Assembly (NCBI GenBank): GCA_965215885.1 | Contig: CBDCEW010000105.1 | Span: forward strand, 224,001 to 288,000 | Length of the DNA: 64,000 bases | DNA from: Candidatus Moanibacter sp. | Lineage (GTDB): Bacteria; Verrucomicrobiota; Verrucomicrobiia; Opitutales; UBA2987 | Reading direction: 5' to 3' | Shown here: piece after piece, positions 59,324 to 64,000 of the stretch | How positions within the stretch are numbered: the first letter of the stretch is position 1 | Layout of the letters: each line of letters opens with the position of its first letter | Notes under the pieces: generated by a model | Told to the model about the DNA's origin: nothing | What the model saw: only the letters and a program-made list of their open reading frames with translations | Databases searched by the model: none | Made by a program: the position numbers and the translations under genes

Positions 59324-60784
59324 TTACGCCAGCCACGTAGCCACCTTGCTCCAGACGGTATATACGGCGAACGAGATATAGGTCACTGCCCCGATGCTTA
59401 CCATCACGATGTTGAGCGGTTTTGGACGGGCCACGGGTGGAAGATGCTTGAGGTTCATGTAGAGCAACATCGGCACATAGCCGGCCATCGCGAAACCGCC
59501 CAGCACCGCGAATATGAAGAAGAAGTCGAGTACCGTGATTTCGTGTGTTTCGAAGTACCATGTGGATGTCACAGCGAGCGTAGAAATAATGAGCGCTATT
59601 ACGAGATAGAGCCGGTTGGCCGCGAACCGGTGAGAAAATCGAATATTGGTGTGCAATAAATCCACCCAAAGCCGAATCGCCCCATCAGTGCCCGCGAGAA
59701 CGCTGCTGAAGAATGCCGCGATGCCGACAATAAGAAAGAGGTAGCGACCCCAGCCGCCCATTACGCCCTCGAGGATCAATGCAAGATCCCAGATGATCCG
59801 GCTCTCCTCCGGAACGATCCCCGCGGGAAACAGCACCACCAACGCGCCGAACATGAATAGAAACATCGTGAACGTGTTGCCGATCCAGAAGAATACGCAG
59901 CTGTCAACTATGACGAATTGAAACCAGTCTCGAAACGATTTTCCGTTTTCCTCATTATTCGCGAATCGATAGCCGACTTCGCTTTCACCGCGCTGCGCCT
60001 CGCGCAGAGGATTCACCAGTGCGGGAATCCTCTTGCCCATCCCCACGCCTTTGTCACGCAAGTAGTAGGCATAGTAGAGATTTCCGAGCCCGCCAATCCC
60101 GGCAAAGACAAACGCACCGAAGAAACGGTTGAAGGTGAACTGCTCGTCGAGTCGGATGTGTCCGAAGTTCAGGATTCCGCCCAGCATGTTGGTGAGATCG
60201 GCCAATGTTCCGATGCTGAAGGAAACGATCAACATGCCGACCACGATCACAACGACCATAAACCCGACGACCTTTTCGACCGCTTTGTAGATCTCCTTAG
60301 GCCCAAACAGGATAAGCAGTGTGATGACATAAACGAGAGCGGTCCAGATCCAATCAGCCCCCGGACCGTCGACGCCGAATATGAGGATGCGCAACGAAGT
60401 TCCGACCGCTCTGCCCATTCCCGGGAGAAAGGCGCCGACGAACAGCAAGCTCATAAAGAAGAACACCCAGAACCTGGAGATTCGTGCAAACCCCGTGAAA
60501 GCACTCTCTCCGGTGGCAACTGCCCAACGGCCGACTTCGATGTTGATCCAAAGCTGCAAAAAAACCCCCAGTGCGGCAGCCCACATCATCTCCGTGCCGA
60601 ACTTTGCCGTGATCCACGGCCACAGCACCATCTCGCCGGAGCCGATGGCGAGTCCCATCATCACCGTCCCCGGTCCAGTCAATTTCCAGAAGCTCTCTTC
60701 TCTATCCGGGAGATCGGCTTCACGCAAATCCGGAATTGGAATCATCTTCGGCAAGAAAATGGAGGGCGCCGGACGAGTCCGCAA
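59324..60784 (-). CDS. Nramp-like (YcsG-type) transporter
   Basis: GPG.....AIGSGE..WP..A.FG, Q...N.E.GR...TGE and DKG.GMG motifs; many transmembrane segments; lacks the MntH DPGN motif. Confidence 0.82.
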   Translation of the reverse strand: MRTRPAPSIFLPKMIPIPDLREADLPDREESFWKLTGPGTVMMGLAIGSGEMVLWPWITAKFGTEMMWAAALGVFLQLWINIEVGRWAVATGESAFTGFARISRFWVFFFMSLLFVGAFLPGMGRAVGTSLRILIFGVDGPGADWIWTALVYVITLLILFGPKEIYKAVEKVVGFMVVVIVVGMLIVSFSIGTLADLTNMLGGILNFGHIRLDEQFTFNRFFGAFVFAGIGGLGNLYYAYYLRDKGVGMGKRIPALVNPLREAQRGESEVGYRFANNEENGKSFRDWFQFVIVDSCVFFWIGNTFTMFLFMFGALVVLFPAGIVPEESRIIWDLALILEGVMGGWGRYLFLIVGIAAFFSSVLAGTDGAIRLWVDLLHTNIRFSHRFAANRLYLVIALIISTLAVTSTWYFETHEITVLDFFFIFAVLGGFAMAGYVPMLLYMNLKHLPPVARPKPLNIVMVSIGAVTYISFAVYTVWSKVATWLA

Positions 60785-60864
60785 TCACGTAAATACCATC
60801 CCTTCCAGTACCACCATCGCTTTATCGCTGAATCCGCCTATTTCGCAAAAAAAAGCGCCCCATT

Positions 60865-60892
60865 AACCCGAAAATCCTGAGATTTTCGGGTT
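60865..60892. promoter_or_regulatory. Perfect 12-bp inverted repeat upstream of the transporter (operator or terminator)
   Basis: AACCCGAAAATC-ctga-GATTTTCGGGTT. Confidence 0.45.
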
Positions 60893-61321
60893 CGGGTTCG
60901 TTGCCCTTCACTCGCGATCGACCCAATGCCTGAAGAGCGGCTCTACGTTATCCGCCAGTTCCGCGAACACCTGCGCAAGCACCGGCGGAGTTATATTTTC
61001 ATTCAGACCACCCCCGGTCAGACGGGCCCGCTCGTCTGATCCCGACCAAAGAGAATCAAGATTCAGCCACCATGGAGCAAAACGGATAGGCATCGCCACA
61101 CGCGCACAATCGGATTGGATCGGTTCGGACAGTTCGCAATGGACGCAGAATATTGCAGTTTAATCAGTTCATTTCAGCGAATCTGATCTAACCCACCTAT
61201 GTTCGTATTTCGACGAATAGCGAACAGTGCGAATTTGCGAGCGACTGAGAGGAAACGTCAATGCGCATTTGGGCGGGCGGTTGCCTAACGTTTGATGAAG
61301 GAAAATGCGGGCTTGGAAGGA

Positions 61322-61409
61322 ACCCACCCCTGTCCCCTCCCGGGAGGGGAACTTAATAGACGAGCCCCGAAGCGAAAAGATCCCCTCCTGGGAGGGGTTA
61401 GGGGTGGGT
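61322..61409. repeat. Inverted REP-like pair (CCCCTCC-NN-GGAGGGG type)
   Basis: ACCCACCCCTGTCCCCTCCCGGGAGGGGA ... TCCCCTCCTGGGAGGGGTTAGGGGTGGGT. Confidence 0.8.
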
Positions 61410-61753
61410 CGCCCTCCCGGGAAGGAGTGCCCGACATGTCACGGCGAAACACGAAGTGCGAAGACGGTAGGGTCGGTCAAGGTCTCACAACCGTTTCATC
61501 CAACTGCCCGCCGGGGTGGCGGTCACCTTGGCCAACGGCACGGATGAACCCGAGCAGCTTGTCATCAAACTCGCTGTTAGTGAAGTTTCGGACGACCGAT
61601 TGGAATCTGGGACGATCCACTTTGAAGACGGATCGGATGCCGCCACGGATCCGGTTGAACGGAGCGGGGTGCGGGAGTTGACGGTGAATCTGGGACGTGG
61701 TGAAGCGGCGATCTGGACTATGCCGTTTGCGAATCGTTGACCTAAGGCGGATC

Positions 61754-61779
61754 GACCAAGGAAATCTTGGTCTTTATTT
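61754..61779 (+). terminator. Probable intrinsic terminator
   Basis: GACCAAG-gaaat-CTTGGTC-TTTATTT after the stop at 61740. Confidence 0.55.
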
Positions 61780-61784
61780 AGATA

Positions 61785-63687
61785 GACCCCATTCGAAAAG
61801 CCTTTCGAGCGGGCGGTTTAAGGTTCTCCGCCACGGGCGGACCAGCCTATGGCTGGCAGGTTTCGGGTTTTAGGCTGCCGGCGCTGCCGATGAGCAGGTA
61901 TTGAGCGGCCATCGGCGTGGCTTGCTGCACAATACGTATATTTGCCGCTGTCTGGAGGCATACTCATCCCGTGGTGCTTTTTTCTCTGAGCTTCAAAGCG
62001 GTCAGATTCAGGCTGCCTGTTCCAGTTCCTCCCCTCGGCGTTTCCATCAGTATGATGCGGCAGAAGTTGTAGGCCAGAACCTTCTCGAGCAGCGCCTACC
62101 GCATCGATGCCGCGGCGGCCGAGTTCGCCAAAGGCAAATCCATCTTTAATCGTGAACATCAGCGACTCCACTGCGGAGCGATCGCGGCGTGCCTCGCGAT
62201 ACGGCTCTCCCAGTCCTCGGGGGTGGTCAACTTCTTGCCCTTCGCCCCACTGATACTGATCTGCTTTACCCCCATGCTCAGCACCTCCTTGCGTCCCTTC
62301 GCCGAAGCATATCCGTCATCGGTGCTGACCAGTTCAGCAATGACACCGGTGCGCTTGATCGAATCGCCGATGGCCGGCGCCAGCTCAATGGAGTCTGCCG
62401 CGTTGCCTTGCGGTACGATCAGGCTGGTGACAAAACCGTTTTCGCTGCGAACCAGTTGTGGCTTGTACCCGATCACTGGATTGCGGCTGCCCTTCTTGAT
62501 GTAGGCCGCCGATCCGTCCGAGAGGCTCAGGACCTTCTGTGTGGACGGTAGCTTCTTTTCGTGAAACACCCGATCATGAGCATACTCAACAACCCGCTTG
62601 GCGTCGGCAATATCGCCCCTGATCTGCTCAATGCCCGCCCAGAAGCTCCCGGCGAGTGGGAGGCAGTGAATCCATCGACAGGCCCTCTTCAAGATGGCTC
62701 AGTTCCCCCGTTAGTGAGTCGGCCGCCTTGCGGCCCCGCTTGAGCAACCGCCGGTAGTGTTTCTTCAGCTTGCCCTTCGACTTCGGTTTGCCCGCGGGCA
62801 GACAAATCTGAAACTCCAGCTTGTCCATCTCCGCAGCCAACGCCCAACCCATCCCTTGCGAAAATCCTCCAGCCCGAATATATGCAACTTCTGACCCAAA
62901 CGATTGGCCCGCATCAAAAGACCGCTCAGAATCCTCCCATCGGTGGGCCAGCAGCTGTTTGCTTTCACCGAGGTGCTGTCGATCGTCAGCTTCCCGAAAT
63001 CGTCCCATTGCTCCTGGAGGATAAACCCAATCTGTTTATCAAAGATCAGCTCGCGGGTCCTATGGCTGACCAGGTTCACGTTCTCCAGAATCGTCGTCAC
63101 CGCCGGCATTCTCAGTCCCCCGCTCTGCAAAAATCCGTACAAGCTCATCGACTCGCGCACAAACCGCCGTGCCGGTTTCGTGGTCAACGAACCCAGAAAC
63201 CCTCGAAGCATCACGAACACGTATACCGCATAAGCCGGCATCCGCGGCCGGCCTGCCCCAAGATTCAATTCAGCAGCCAGAATATTCTCCTCCTCGATGT
63301 CCAGCTCCGGCAGCTCCGCTGTGCGCCCTTCAAAGAACCTTCGATCTTCCAATCGAAGTTTCTTCTTCTCACGCGCATGGGCGTCCAGATCCTTCTCGAT
63401 CGCCTCGATGATTTGCGCCGCGAACCCGGCCAATTCTTCAACTTCATCCAGAAAATCACGGAAATCCGTGTCTGGAACCGGCAGAATGAGGTTGCTAAGG
63501 GGCGTCTTATCGCTTTTGTTCTCCTCTGTCGCACATGTTGGCATGTTTAACTCCTTTCTTAATCTTAAGTTGTTAAACACTAGCATGTTGCGACACTTTT
63601 TATCAAGCCAAAAAATGATTTTTCTCAAGTTTTTCTTGCGCCTTTTGCGCCTCTTTGCGGCCAATCAGTAGCTTTTCGGATAAGGTC
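61785..63687 (-). mobile_element. IS copy 5 with multiple small deletions
   Basis: Same terminal repeats; duplication TAGATA; about 14 bp shorter than copy 1. Confidence 0.93.
62008..63544 (-). pseudogene. Frameshifted transposase
   Basis: Split across four ORFs by small indels. Confidence 0.88.
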
Positions 63688-63766
63688 TAGATAGAACGTC
63701 AAAGGTCACCGGCACCCGTCAGGGGGTTCGATAGGCGCAATTGGTTCACAATCTCGGCTACTTGGT

Positions 63767-64000
63767 CTAGTACACATCAAAGGACTCGACTGTCGCCTCG
63801 CACAATGGGTCATCAAAAAGCCGTTTGGTCAGCTCCACAAACCCTTTGCTGCTGACATGGCCGTTGTTGGGGCTGTAGGCCCAGGCGTCATAATTCTTCT
63901 TGCGGTCGCTCAGGTCGATATCAAGCATGTGGCAATGTTGATCCAGGGCCACCACCTTTTCCTGTGCGGCAATGATCGCGTCAATGTTGTCCCAGTGGAA
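63767..64000 (-). CDS. 3' end of a gene running off the window, possibly SGNH/GDSL-like
   Basis: Open frame to the window edge; IDL...NNGH.S.KG...L resembles SGNH block V. Confidence 0.4.
   Translation of the reverse strand, partial: FHWDNIDAIIAAQEKVVALDQHCHMLDIDLSDRKKNYDAWAYSPNNGHVSSKGFVELTKRLFDDPLCEATVESFDVY

Noticed and set aside
59324..60784. mntH manganese transporter
   Set aside because: Lacks the DPGN and MPH metal-binding motifs; only Nramp-like at family level.

Overview
A 64 kb accessory region of a bacterium that is probably Verrucomicrobiota/Opitutae-like. That assignment is inferred from protein and repeat styles and is not proven. The region is heavily disrupted by one 1.9 kb DDE insertion sequence: five copies plus a collapsed trace, all in the same orientation, with 6-bp TAGCTA-like target duplications. 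Left to right it contains: (1) a Sec-exported Rhs/YD protein bracketed by two copies of a small YD partner gene, with a frameshift-hidden tail of tandem DPxGL motifs; (2) two CRTAC1/ASPIC-UnbV paralogues; (3) a candidate periplasmic purine-nucleoside scavenging locus made of a sigma-54 promoter, a TonB-dependent receptor, two signal-peptide NUP-family proteins, HupE/UreJ and a signal-peptide adenine deaminase; (4) a damaged MMPL-cNMP/LolA-like pair; (5) an IS-bounded AraC/ABC/double carbon-nitrogen-hydrolase cluster; (6) a Phd-VapC toxin-antitoxin pair, a MATE pump and an unannotated, truncated UGA-containing deiodinase-like selenoprotein gene; (7) hydantoinase/oxoprolinase A and B, an Nramp-like transporter and many gene fragments. 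Several families of palindromic, REP-like and MITE-like repeats are scattered throughout. No rRNA, tRNA or CRISPR array was seen. Several single-base homopolymer frameshifts may be long-read assembly errors. All calls come from motif recognition by eye; no database searches were run.
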